The notes beneath the pieces are model-generated. The model ran no database searches, had not been told where the DNA came from, and saw only the letters and a list, made by a program, of their open reading frames with translations. The position numbers and the translations under genes were made by a program. A stretch of DNA of 63,500 nucleotides, counting the filler, from Platydemus manokwari (taxonomy: Eukaryota): NCBI GenBank assembly GCA_037951405.1. It is 6 parts of 6 records of this genome, joined end to end, with 100 filler letters (N's around TTAATTAATTAA, not from the genome) between each part and the next. Parts side by side here need not be neighbours in the genome. Positions count along the whole stretch, not along the records: positions 33,448 to 43,233 come from JBBMOY011204766.1; positions 43,334 to 53,719 come from JBBMOY011137772.1; 4 more parts are not named here. One strand, given 5' to 3'. Positions 38,100 to 52,037 of the stretch are shown one piece after another. How positions within the stretch are numbered: position 1 is the stretch's first letter; each line of letters begins with the position of its first letter.

Positions 38100-40010
38100 A
38101 TTACCCAACTGAAAATACCGATGGATACTCTCACATATAGAGAACAGACAATATCACGCCAATGCAAGGCAGTACTATGCAAAATTTGTAAAATCTGTGA
38201 ACTGGAAGGACGATAATACCAAAAAGTAATAACACAACTTGAATTCAAACAAGAAACAAATCTCATTACACTCGTTGATGATAGTTTCCAAATGATAAAG
38301 AGGAAGAAACGGTGAAACTCTAGAAAGGCATTTCGCACTTGGAGTTATATCCATTTATTTAACTTAGAAAATCAACAAACTAATATAAATTCATCAGGTA
38401 TCGAGCCTACAAAAAAATGGAAGAAAAAATGATATACATTAAAATGTCGATAAAAGTTGAACCGCATTTCAAAACAAGTTTAGTTAAATTCAGAAAAATT
38501 ATTGGAGGAAGAGAACAGAGTGAACAAACCTGAAAACAAGTGCTAAGGGTACAATATCCCAGGATTAAAGAATAATGCACTAATGCAATTCAAAAATAAT
38601 GTTCGTGATTATAGAATAGAAGATATGGTTACCGATAATATTATGGAAACCTTAAAAGCTATATTTCGGCCAACCAGTACATTAGATAATTGTAAAAGAA
38701 GTAACCTAGACATTAAAAACCCATACAGTATATTTGATCTTGGCAGTAGCAATTTAACGAAGTTGATCTCGATATATCAATTACAAACCAATTGTACTGC
38801 GATATCTTCAACCAAAATACAATCAAGACCGAAATACAAACTGAAGGGAGGAACTTTGAAATGATTAGCTTAGCTGCTCAAATAGAGAGGCCTCAAATAG
38901 TCTTGAACAGTTTGAACAGTAAAATCTACTCACCTTTTACCGAAACAACCCTTAAATATGGCATCATTTTTTCTATCTTTACGAAGGATTAATAATGTAA
39001 AAGTATTGGATAAGTTTTACAGTCCTTCCACATTAAAGAATAGGTCCGAGTCATCAGAAGATTTGAATTATAAAAAAAAAGATGAAAGACAGCCTTATGG
39101 CAGAATATACAAGAAATCTGTGCAGATCAAGAAGAAATGCGGGACTTAATTTTGAGATATTTAAAAAAAAATTAAATTTTTAATTCAAATTTAATTTTAA
39201 TTTATATAAAATCATATTAATAAAAAATAAAATTTATCTGTTAAAATATTTGTATGTAAACAGATTTTTGGTGTCTTGACTTTTCAATTCTTTTTTAATG
39301 AATAGTTTTTAAAATAGCAGAGGCTAAAACTAATTATTAAAGAAATTCTATCCTCGAAAAATCGAAAAATCATACCAACTCAAGAAAAATTCTGAGTCCT
39401 ATGGATCAGCAGTCCATAGCGTCGAAACCAAGAAACGTAAACAAGAAGAGTTCCCGATCAACAATTCCCAGCTCAAGGCTGTTAGATAGATACACGGAAT
39501 ATAACTTTTAATGGTATCCCATTAGGTCCTCGTACGGAGCAAACATTATAGACTCATTGTCGTATACTGAATAGTTCTCAGTAGTCCAGGTTGTTGCGAA
39601 AGCATTGAGTAACTAGCACTCTTCTCAGATAGTGAGGAGAGCAAGAAAAAAAGCTCTCATTAGTTCATATAGTGAATGGAAGAACAGAATACAGTGAGAC
39701 ACCAAGCAACACCATCCCAAACATCAACATCACAACCTACGGCAAAGCAATAATTATCCACAGTCCACAAATCATTCACAGTCGATGAATTTAAAAAGCC
39801 GACTGCTTCCATAAACTGAAAATGCCGACCGCACCATTAAAACAAAACCCAATTTAACCAAACCGAGAATGAAAGACATGGATTATGAGAAACTGCAATG
39901 TGAATCTGGAAGTCTGATTATCAGCAAGAATTCCACAGGTAATGCTCTGTCAAAAAATATTCATTCATTCTACCCATTCAACAACCCAGAGACTGATCAG
40001 AATCTGTCCT
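38100..40010 (+). mobile_element. Decayed coding-like sequence, probably a retroelement relic of unassigned family
   Basis: A-rich plus strand, raised GC, and long semi-open frames broken by stops and frameshifts without splice structure. Lies upstream of, and on the same strand as, the Ulp1 relic. No diagnostic motif seen. Confidence 0.3.
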
Positions 40011-41099
40011 AAATTTTCTTTTTGTGATACGATTTCATAAACCTGAAAATTTGCTGACGTTTGATTTTCTGTGACAATTGTTAATAATTTTTATGAATTT
40101 ATATGATTATTTTTATTTGAAATTGAATTTATGAATTTATTTTGTAAAAAATCTGATATTTATGCGAAATTGACTTTGTAAATACCTGATTATCTATGTG
40201 GCAAAATATTTCAATAAAATATATATTATTATTTATAAATCAAATAATTATAATCAGAAAATAAATAAAGAATTGAAAGAAATTTAATTAATAATTTTAA
40301 AGGTTGACAAATTATATAGTAAAATTTATAATGTCAACCACATTAATACAATTCTAAGGTTAAGGTACTTTTAAAATAATAAATAAGTAAGAGGAAATAT
40401 AATAGAAAATGTTTAAAATTTACAAAGTGATGGACACTCTTAGGTACAAAGTACCGAATCTCAACATCCATATAAGCTGATGGATTTCCATCACAATTCA
40501 CTCTTAAAAATTCCGACTTACAAATTTTAGCTCGTTATTATTGCTTGGAAATTCTAAAGGGCGAGAATCTCATTTGGAAAAAGCAAATTGATAAACTACC
40601 AAAAGAATAATATTTAATAATTATAATAATAATTATTCATAAACTAATATCTGCCATTCTGAAGGATCTTACCTTAGGAATCTATATAATAAAATTTATA
40701 CTAAAGTTCACAGGACACTTAATAATAAGTTCTCATGTTCCCGGTGACCTCACTTTACCAATTTGTGGATAAAATTGGTGAGTTAAATTTCGTTGGAGTT
40801 AATTCAATTTGTAATATTATAGATAAAGGTTTGTTATATAATCGTCTGTTAATCTGTGTAATCATTTATAAATTTAATATTGAAGAACTCACGAGATTGA
40901 GTTGTACATAACAACAATAAACATAATGACACATAACCTAACGAGATGGATAAATATGTATCAACATATGTTAAGTTAAACGATTGCCTATTCATCATTG
41001 TTAAGTTGTAGAATTAATTACAAATGGAGCCAATCTCAGTGAAGTAGGTATCAATCCCGTGCTCAATTCTTAAATGAATCTGAAACCAAAGCTTATAGT

Positions 41100-42150
41100 A
41101 AATGCAACACACTCAAGTACGAAAACGTACTTTGGAAAAACTCAAAGAAAAGAAAAAAATTCCACGATAAGAGACAAGGACAATTACAAGCGAACAACTT
41201 TGACTGTGGCCTATTAATATGCGACTTCATTGATTGCATCACCAATAATCAATTGTTGATAGGCACAGACCTTAGAACCATCAGAAGAAAATGTAAGCAA
41301 AATATTGCATAAGATTCGATTAACCATTTAACTGAGATGGAACCGTCCACTGCAGAAAATCAGGATGACCATATTCTTTTCATAGAAAGACACACGATGG
41401 CCCTGTGTAAAATAGAATTTTAATGTCGAAAATATCTTGTACTCGATCCTTTTATTGCCAGAGCCATTGGATTCGATGAGATAGAAGTTATTTTGCAATT
41501 CCTGGTACTCCAATACTTCAAAAATACTGATAAAACTTAAACTCTGGATTCTAGTGATAATATTTGTAGGAAAAAATCAATTATTTTACTGGATCCTAGA
41601 GGTGATGGTATACATGATGAAAAAACAATTTCCTCAATAATTTAAATAGATATATTTTTTTAATGATGTGGAACAAAGGATTCAAAAAATCGAGCCTACG
41701 GAGACCAGACTACTACAATGCAATTTTGGAGAAAGTTGACCACTGATATTTGGATATGTGTTGAATATAAGCCATAACTTTCTACTAATAAGAATAAACA
41801 TGAAGTTATTAAAGCAAAAGGCAAATAAGGTGATCCTCGAACATGAGTTGAAGATAGATAGATAGATAATAGCTAATGTGATTTCTTTATAACAGCCAAA
41901 AAATACATTTGAAATTAGAATATCATTAGCAGAAGGATTGACCAGCAACTTTAAAAATGAAACACTACATGAAATGATTAGCAAATATTGTGTCTGCACA
42001 ATTAAATCACCCCAGCCAATAATGAAAGAAGAGATGAAATTGACTTGAAACTATGTTAATTGTTTAACCACTCTTCTTCTGCTGTATTTGAACTAGCCAC
42101 GCAACAGACACAAGCTGACTATCTAACTGCTAAAAAAGAATTCGAAAAAA
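41100..42150 (+). mobile_element. Decayed transposable-element ORF with two tandem Ulp1/C48 (SUMO-protease-like) domains, possibly NeSL/R5-clade non-LTR
   Basis: GQLQANNFDCGLLICDFIDCI at 41178-41240 matches the C48 QxNxxDCG catalytic motif. The same frame continues LTEMEPSTAENQDDHILF...YLVLDPFIARAI. Shifted frames then give (H/L)WILVII, IILLDP and LLQCNFGES*PLIFGYV (41710-41760), a second copy. Intronless, with several stops and frameshifts. Confidence 0.65.
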
Positions 42151-43233
42151 TTTCGATTAAAATTAAATTTTTTTTCTTTATTTCGTTAATATGATGTATG
42201 GTTAGACTTCTTTATCTTGCTAATCCGACTTATTCTTGTGTAAAAAATTCGTGACACTTATTTAATTGGTAGATTTATTTATTGCAAATAATTTATTTTC
42301 ATTGTTTTGCTAATCTGATTTTCTATATATTGTTTGAGATTTGCTGGTTAAACTATTTCATTTAAATTATTTATTGTTATTACGATTATTTTCTCATATT
42401 TTTCTGATTTGTGATTATTATTATGATTTTTTTAATATAAGGATTAAAATACTAAAACGAGTAAATTACGACATGGTACATGATAAATTAAACAGCATTA
42501 TATATAACATAATAAAAATATGGTTATGAAAATAATTATTAAATTTTCAGCTATTTATAAAATTAAGAGACCAAACTACCAAGCAAATGAAACTTAAAAA
42601 ATGGGAAATTATGTAATTCATGGAAAATTATGTAACAAAATGAAAAATAAATAATAAGCGATATTTAATAGTAAATTAAATTCAAAAAAATACTAAATAA
42701 ATAACATGGAAACCAAATGTTAGGTAATGGTTCGGTTTTTGAAAGTAAGTAAAATACCATGTAAAAATAAATAAAACCAAGTAAGAAGCAATTCTAAAAT
42801 CAATGCTGAATTATTAAAGATTAATCTGAATAAAAAAATATGAAATATTATAAACATAAAAAATTAGAAACGACGTGATTATGGGAGTATGAATAAACTT
42901 ACAGGATTGCATGATTATAAATTATTAATAAAACGATAACCAATATGTAACCTTGACAACTTGAACATTGTCATGGCAATCATGCGTATGGCTATGGCAA
43001 TAATTCAAAACACCATGATATGTTACTAAATATAAAAAGAAATGATAAATAAAAAAATTACTCCTTTTTATTGGGGAAATTTTTATTCATGACATTCTTT
43101 TACCATAATTATATTTTTCTTATTTTAATTATTACAGCCAGGAACGCTATGTAGGTACATATTTATATAAATTTATATTTGAACTTATTATTATTATTAT
43201 TATAGAAACATTTTTATTTAAAAAATTATTTTT

Positions 43234-43333
43234 NNNNNNNNNNNNNNNNNNNNNNNNNNNNNNNNNNNNNNNNNNNNTTAATTAATTAANNNNNNNNNNN
43301 NNNNNNNNNNNNNNNNNNNNNNNNNNNNNNNNN
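43234..43333. other. Artificial contig spacer N44-TTAATTAATTAA-N44
   Basis: Identical 100-nt spacer. Confidence 0.99.
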
Positions 43334-44834
43334 GCTAAAAATTATAAATATACAATAGAAATAGGGAAAAGCAAATGTGTTTTAATAAATTAAAAATTAT
43401 ATTTATTTAAGTACTCCAAATAACTAAAATTATCATTTCAACCAAAAGGTTATACAATTGTTCAGCAAGAACTATTTTTAGCAACTCCGTCAGTTCTTAA
43501 AATAGAATATACTAATTTAGCTGAATAGTCAATTAAATTTATGGGCTGTTACTAAATTTAGCACTGACTTGTAAAAGTTGCTAATGATATTAACAAATGT
43601 AGACAATCTGCCTAACCTGACACACAAAGCACGGTAAACAGTATAAAAGCATACAACAACAGTCAATTAGAGCACTTTATCGACAGGCACCATTGTATGA
43701 CAATTTCGACGATGCTTATTATTAAAACGTTCTGAAGAAGTCTATTCCCGAAGATATTTTATTATGCGCTCAATGAGTAATTTTTTAATTTTAATTAAAT
43801 TTAGACTAGTTTTAGCCTTGTGGTTCGTTAAAATCGATAAGTACAACTTAAAAGCTCTCCTTTTTCATTTTTTATTCAGACTTACCCGCAAACTTAAGTG
43901 ATATCCTCTTTGCTGTTACTTGAGGAGTCTTTTGCTTCCACAATAGGGTACATCTATCTTGAAGCTTTGTAAAATAATTGTGTTAAATTATTGTTCATTA
44001 ATTTGTTGATTAATATATTTTATTTTGTTATCATTTTTATTCAAAATTTTATCTTTATCCTACCATCCTAGCTTAAAAGAAGAAACCACCTTATATGTCT
44101 GGAGTCCAGATAAGTTGAAGATTTTAGTATGATAGCTAAGCGTTATTATAAACTATATTTCAAGTCCGTCTATATCAGACAATATAGTATGCTAGATTTG
44201 GATAATAAATATATTCTTCATAGATTAAAATGACACAATCGTGTGTAGGATTTGTAGTGATAAATTAGAAAGTTTTAGTAATTATTTCGTAATGGACGAT
44301 CTTTTAATCTTTTCCCTTATATACTATTCTAAAATTCTTTATTTTGTGTTTTATTCTATTATTTGGATTTATTAATGTCATTTTCACTCATTTATTTTCA
44401 TGGATACTATTTTTAGTAACGGGTTTATTTAAATTCGATTTTTGGATTTCCTTTATCCTATTTTTAGATTTTTATTATTATGGTTATATTTTTTAATACA
44501 ATAATATTTTTATTTCGAGGTGAATCATAATATTATTTTGAATAAATTTTTATATATTAATAATAACTATTATTTGTAGTAAGGTTGTACCCAACATAAT
44601 AAATTTCGATAAATGCATAAATTACTCTTATAGAGAAAATAAAATGTAAATGGAGAAAAAATGGAATTAATATTCAGTAAATGGAGAATTCGTAAAGTAG
44701 AAAATCCAAAATGAAATCCAAAGTCTAGTTCTGACCATTTAAAAATTATTGATCAGTAAATTATTTAAAAATTAATTAGAATTTAAAAACTTATAAAAAA
44801 TATTATTTTGAAATTCTAAAACTAGTATTTGATA

Positions 44835-45394
44835 GGTTGGGTATATCACAAATCAGTCAAATGGGTCTCAAGAACCAAAGAAAAACCTTAAAAAGGATCA
44901 ATACTCACAAACCCGATAAATACACGTGCCGTTAACCAATCAAATTCATTCTAATGTTAATCCATGTTCAGAAGCTTAGAATAGACAGACACATGCCTAC
45001 AAACGGCAACATGCTCAAATATCCGCCAATGACTTGAGAGATATAAGGAAAATCTAAAGTAAATCGATCCACAAACAAATTCAGGGAATCGAAAACGAAG
45101 ATCCATGACATCAAGCAGACACACCCGATGGGTCTATAAAAGAGGTTGAATTCCATGGATTCTTGCTAGTCTTTTTTGGTGGGTAACTTTAGTGCTTAGC
45201 TTATGTGTGATTTCAGTAATCAGTCTTTTTGATCACTCTTCATTTTGTTTCTGACTTTCGGGTGCTGATTCCCCTTTGTGTGATTTTCTTCATCAATTGC
45301 GTAAAGATTAATTATTGTTATTATTAAGAGTTTGAGTGTATTATTTTAGTTAATACCGATTTGCAGATTCAAATTGTTGTTTGATAACGCAACA
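44835..45394 (+). mobile_element. Probable solo LTR (560 bp, 4-bp TSD GATA, Gypsy-like)
   Basis: GATA at 44831-44834 and 45395-45398. Ends GGTTGGGTATATCA (first base not the expected T) and TGATAACGCAACA form an imperfect inverted repeat. Internal TATAAAAG near 45135, with an A-rich to T-rich switch typical of U3/R-U5. Confidence 0.6.
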
Positions 45395-46407
45395 GATACA
45401 AAATGAATTAACAATTGCTATCGTCTCTCATTGTCTTTATGATTCTGACAAGTCCCTCTTCCACAATAACCGAAATTGATTTAGTATTGAGAAAGTTTGA
45501 AATTAGTTGGAATTATATTTTTATATTATTAGTAACAAGATGGATGTTATAATTGCAAGGAGAGCTTTTAAATAAATTGTTAATCCTTGAATTAATTAAT
45601 TAAGGTAATTCTTCATTTAACGAGTGGAACTATTTCGAAGACTTATAAGATGTTAATAATGGACATCAATAGAAAATCTGAATGAAAATAAAAGTTTCTG
45701 GTATTATGATGAAAGTCGTTGTTTATTTTATTCTTCTTATATTCCATAATTGCTAACTGGTGTCATGATAACAACATAGAGCTCTGTACTTTGTTGAACA
45801 TATTAATTAAGTTCGATCAGCACACAATCAATAATGAAATAGTTTTATCAATAATAATAAAACAATCTTGAAAATCAATTCGATATTTATTATTACAAAA
45901 ACCAGCACTAATATTTTTTAGAATTTCATTAATTGCGATTATTTTATAAATTGCTTGCCCTTCCTGTGATTTTAGAGCGATATTATATGGCGATCTGATA
46001 AGATGATTTTAATCGATTAGAAAACGTTAGTAAATTCGTTTTTAAATTTTATTGCTAATTATTAATATTTGATTCCAAGCCTAAACAACACAGCTGATGA
46101 ACTCTTTCTATCAAACGTCATAAAACTTTGGTATATTTTTCACTAGATTATCAAATCAAAAGACATTTCCGTTGGGATTGTGAGTTATTTGATATTAAAT
46201 GAATTTCAATTTAATTCGAAACAATTTCAATTTACATTTTATTCAAATTTTATTCAAATTTTAATCAGATTTAATTTAATTTTATAAACAATTAAATTAA
46301 GGTAAAATAGGAAATATTTGTTTAAATATTTGGATTTAAAATAGAATTGATTGTGTCTTGACTTTTTTTGTTTTGATTTTAGTTTGTGGTTTTTAAAATA
46401 GTAGCGG

Positions 46408-46521
46408 CTAATAATAATAATAATATCAATAATGATAATAACAATAATAATATAATGGTAATAATAATAACCATAATAATGATAATAATAATAATGATAA
46501 TAATAATAATAATAATAATAA
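46408..46521. repeat. Degenerate (AAT)n microsatellite
   Basis: Seen directly; it accounts for the poly-Ile and poly-Asn ORFs in the track. Confidence 0.92.
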
Positions 46522-47813
46522 AACGTATGAATAAATTAACTTCAATCAACTTAAGTAACAATCTTCAATTTTATCTACAATTTTTAATTAAAAACTCCAT
46601 TAATTCCCTAATGTTTATTATACGTCATTCATTGTCTGTATAATAATATTGATATAGAAATGAAATCTTTCAGATAACTATAGATTATTTGAAAAAAGTC
46701 TGCAGATCATGATAGAAAGATAGATATAAATTAATTCTTGTTTTATATTTATTTCAAGCTCCGATAATTTCATATAATAAATGTAATAAGGCAATAATAG
46801 AGATAAATAATTAACTGCATTATTTCACTGCCAATTAGATAATGTCTGTTAGCACATAACAGTTATTTAGTCATGTCAAATTACCATATTAATATTGATA
46901 AATTGTTGTGATATTTCTTGAAAACAGATTCTTAATATAAAATAGAACATCAGTCGAATCATTCATTTTCAACCATTGTTACCAAATACCATTGGATATC
47001 ACTGAATATAATGAAAGCTTATTATATTAATAGATGTCTATAAATATAATCATCATGACGTTATTTATAAATATAATTATAGCTACTTTCAATTTATTTT
47101 TATTTCTCCACACCTAGAAATGAAATTAAATGGAAATCTTATTCTTATACACATTAACAATGGGTCATTATCGTTATGGGAACGGTTACAGTAAAACGAA
47201 AAAATGAATAAATCAAAATCCATTAATATTTTCGATGTAATATAAAATATCGACATTGTTTCCCCATATCTGTGACCAGATTTGATAAAAATTTGCTATT
47301 CTAATAGTTTGTCTACAAAAGAAAATATTTTACTGAAACATATGACATGAAGAAGAGAAATCTAAAATTATAGAAATTAATGAGATTATTTATTTATCTA
47401 CCAGCGTGGCATTGTAGAGATATTCAAAGAATTGGCTGATATTAATAATGTAGATATTAATAATTATCAAAATGATTCTCGAACAAAATCCCAAGTCACA
47501 ATAGATTATTAAAGCCAATTTGAGAAAGTAATTACTGTCAACCCCACTTAAGTACCATATAGAGTCAACATATAGATATCTATGCCATTATATATAATCT
47601 ATAATTTATTCAATCATCGTTAGACATATGTTTTGATAGAGAGAATATTTTATCAATAATATTATTATTTATTAAAACATGATTTCTTGATTAATTTTAT
47701 TATAAAATTTATTTCCTAGATTATTAGCCAGCATGTGCGATAGATATGAAAATGGCTGTTATTTATTATTATTTAATTGTTATTAATAATTTATAAATGT
47801 CAATAAATATTAC

Positions 47814-48143
47814 CAATGAATTCTCCTACATGAGATCCGGATCTTGTCATTGACGTAACAATTACAAATCCAAACCCTTCATTTTCCGAACGAGCAAGAG
47901 TTACATCGAATGGCGAACGTCTTTGAGTTGTGACGGCACATTTTGTCGGTCGTCGCAATCCAAGAGTCACCGAACCCAACCGAGATGCCGCTTCCACAAG
48001 TTGAACCACTTTTTTATGACTTGCTCCAACGACGCCTGCCCCATTCACCGAAACCAATTCATCGCCTTCTTTTATAATACCGCTACGAATAGCTGCTCCA
48101 TCTGGCACCAGTGGTCCAATAGAAATCTGTCAATTGAAACAAA

Positions 48144-48185
<42 letters not shown>

Positions 48186-51100
48186 TCCAAATGAATGAGA
48201 TATTAATAATAATCTTCAAGTTGTAAATCAATTAATAATAAAATGAAATATTTTGTAAAAAAAAGTGAGAATGTATGGCATATAAAATGAAAATATCTAA
48301 ATTTTGTTTCCAATATTAATAAAGTAAATAATCTAGGTAAATAAAAATATAAATGCTCGTTTGTTCAAAATCGATAAACTCCGACAAATTTGCAACGAAA
48401 GCTTTGCAATTTCGACACCACGCTGCATTTGAATCCAGGCATGTGTTTAATTGTCGCAAGTTAGACATATCTTTATGATTTTGATTTAATTATTTCATGT
48501 TTTCTTAATTAATCTGAATTAGAATTTAAATATTTTCGTAATCTATCTATGAAGAAGAATAAACTAAAAATAATTACAAAAAAAACTTTCATTTAACCAA
48601 ATTAAGCTACAGCAACACGTGAGTGGGTATATTTAATTATTTATAAATATCTCATTGGTCAAAAGTGCAAACTCAATCGGAGATTATGAAATAAGAACAT
48701 CTATCAATACAACATAATCCAATGATTTGTATTATATTTGCATTTAATTGACAATGAAAAGGAAAAAATAAATATTATTCATACTTTATCAGGACATACA
48801 GATTTACAGATATTCGTGACGTAATACAAACATTTCATTATATCATATGTTCTTTTATAAACTGAAAAAATATTATAAAAATTAGGATCTATATAAAGGA
48901 GAAGAGAGCAAGCTAATAAGTGACGGTTTTGTCACTGAGATAGACACATAATTAGTGAGATATCAGAATTTTTGAAATTATACTTCGTTGTCTGAGTGTT
49001 TCGACACAAAAATCGATCTTCAAACGATAAAAATTAACCTTGTATTATACCTTTTATTAATCGTAACAGACTACCGTAAATTTCCATGCATTTCTTCACA
49101 GTTAATTATTAATTGGAATAAACATGCTTAATAATAAACCTTAGATATAATCATTATTTTTATTAATAATTTTATTATAAAACTATTACACAAAAGTAAA
49201 ATTTAGATTTTCAATGAATATTCAATGTTGTTTTATCTGACAGCTTAATATGAATATTATTAATATTAATATGAAAACATATTGGATGATATATAAATAG
49301 ATAGATATAGATATGTAGCATATCAAATAATATTTAACATGGGATTATCAAATCATTATCATTGAAACTATTCTTATAAACAAAACAATATAATATAATT
49401 CAAGTTTATTTTCATTTATAATTAACCATTTTTATTATTAATATATTATAAAACACATTTATATACATAATATTCTCTTATAACAAACTCATCGAATTAT
49501 TATAAACATAATAATTATTAAAAATACTAATTACCTAATTGATATTAAATGAATCCAAATGCCATCATAATTCTCTAATATTTCATAGCATCATATTTAA
49601 TATCATTATAGAAGTATTGATTGATAAATTGATGCAAGAATCGATGATGCCAATACAATTCCACGTGCAATTTTTACTGATTTAATAATCATTCGGGTAA
49701 TATATTTGACAATTACGTCGAATTTTATCAAGATCAACCAATGCGGTCAACCAATATCAGAATTCAAATAATCCAATGGTTTATTAATCAATATGAATCC
49801 ATTGGTATTCCTCATCGAATGGGTACCACTATGTGAATGCTTAACGATATCACAATTGGATTTAGCATTTCATATCAGCATATTCACATCCATTAAATTA
49901 ATAAATCTTGATAATATAACATCTTTATTGTATGGATTTTAAAATGAAATAAATTTTTAAAGATTTAATTCATATTTTATATAAGCTGATATTAATTTGA
50001 TTTATAAAATTGTTAACTATAAAATTTGTATCGATGACGATTTAGTTTGTTTCCAATGCGTGATTTATAAAATAGTAGCGCGTTACATGGTGACCAGGCA
50101 TATGGAAGATCATTCTGAGAAGATCAATGACTGAAAATTATAGAAGAGAAGAATATTGAGAAGATATAAAAAATAGAAGAATTAGAGATTTTTATATAGA
50201 TAAACATCATGAGATAAAATATAATCCATATCAATAATTTATCATTTAATAATAATTTAATTTACCTTTGTATTATCCTCTGCTCCACCAATGATTCTGA
50301 AACCAAACCCATTGCTCTGTTTATGAAGAGTGATAAAGAATACTTGTGGAACATTATCGCTGTCATAGAGCGCTGTGATTTTATTATTTGAAGGCATGAG
50401 ATTGCGAACTTTCTGTGGTCTTGATAATGATCCATAGATTGGTACTCCATTATCTTGAAGATCTGAATGATTGAAATATTCAATAATCATATCTGATCAT
50501 TCCAAAAATTCTGTCGAATTCAATATCCAAACTTCTATTATTCGACAAATTCAAGTCTCAAAGTCTATTTGATATTAATGAATGATATTTGGATTTATCA
50601 TCGAATTGATGATCTAAAGTCCTGACTGATATGTTACAAAACCATTTCTACTCAACAATATTAGATAAAATCTCAAATAAACAAAGTCTCTTAATCTGAC
50701 ATCAATATATTTGAATCAACATACCATATCATGTATTTTCTATATAAGAATCTGATTCAAAACATTGATCCATTATTTCCTTTTTTCGATATCATTAATA
50801 TTAATCAGAGGAATACAATTAAGGGAACACAATCAATTTATATAATATGTTGTTAATAGAATGGGAAATTTATTAGATTCCACGTCATTTAATATGGAAA
50901 AATAGTTGTTTTATATAGAAAGGTTTTTAAAAGCAAAATAAAAAATAGCAAAAAATTTTTAAAAAAATTAAAAAAATATAATTAAATATAATCTGATTTT
51001 TTTCTCGATAATCAATCCATTGAAAATAATATTAAAGGAGTAACAATTATCGAATAATATACCAGTCGGTTGATTGATTTCACCATTATTGAATATTGGT

Positions 51101-52037
51101 TTGGATAATAAAACGGAAGCTGGTACAAAATTAGGAGTCTGACCAGATTCTGGATCCCAAAAACAGGAAGTTCGCATTTCAGCTGCTGTTGGAGTTTTAG
51201 GCCGTCTAGGTATGGAGCTATAATCATCAACGGATGGTTCATTATAATATAGATCGTGATTTTTCAAATCTCCATCACGTAGAAATGATTTTCTATTTGA
51301 TGTATCGGGTCCTGGTGTGCGTGATCGATTCTTCTGTGTTGATTGTGTCTGATTAGTGTTATTACCAGGTGTTTGTTGTGAAAGATATTTTGCAACTGCC
51401 ATATCTGACAGTCCACGTTTGTCAAGTGTATCGCGAGATTCGAGTAGAGATTGTGATAAAATTGTAGCTGGTGTTGTATTGTGATAAGCAATGGTTGATG
51501 ATATCGTTCCATTATCTAAAGTACAAGTAGGTGTGCTGTTCAATTTTGGAGCTGAATAAAGATAATTGAATGATTGATTGATCGTATTATGTGAAATAAT
51601 AAATATATACGCAACAATGGTGGAGCAGAACTTGTGACTGGTACTGATTGAACTCTTCCTGCACTCTGCAACGTACTCAAACACTAAAAACCCAGTAAAT
51701 ATTTAAAACACGTTACCGAATATCCAGATGAATTGCTACCCTGTGCAGATGTTCCTATATAAAAATATCCATCAAATATTACGTAATTTAATTTCAATAG
51801 TTCACCTCCTCTTTGAACGAGAAAAGCCACCTCAAACCTTTCAGGACATTCTTTCAGAATCTGTACCACTTCCTGGTGACTTCTCTCCTTGACTCGGACT
51901 TTATTAATCTCAACTAAAATATCACCTTCTTTCAGTCTGCCACAACGAGTTGGATCGAGAATTTGTTTTACTCTTTGTCCTCGAGGATTATCTGATATTG
52001 TAAACCCAAATCCGGTACTACTTTTGATAATGTTAAT
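47814..52037 (-). CDS. MAGI: MAGI-family PDZ scaffold protein, internal exons (52037-51806, 51754-51717, 51683-51611, 51551-51063, 50462-50266, 48126-47814)
   Basis: INIIKSSTGFGFTISDNPRGQRVKQILDPTRCGRLKEGDILVEIN...SHQEVVQILKECP matches MAGI PDZ2. The linker carries RSRTPGP and RPKTP. Then ITLHKQSNGFGFRIIGGAEDNTK-ISIGPLVPDGAA...GASHKKVVQLVEAASRLGSVTLGLRR and FDVTLARSENEGFGFVIVTS, the two following MAGI PDZ domains. All splice phases are consistent. Confidence 0.93.
48147..48183. repeat. (TA)n microsatellite beside a MAGI splice acceptor
   Basis: Seen directly in the sequence. Confidence 0.95.

Noticed and set aside
46379-46643. Poly-Ile and poly-Asn ORFs; likewise 33396-33641 and 56533-56727
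   Set aside because: Translations of microsatellite or low-complexity DNA.
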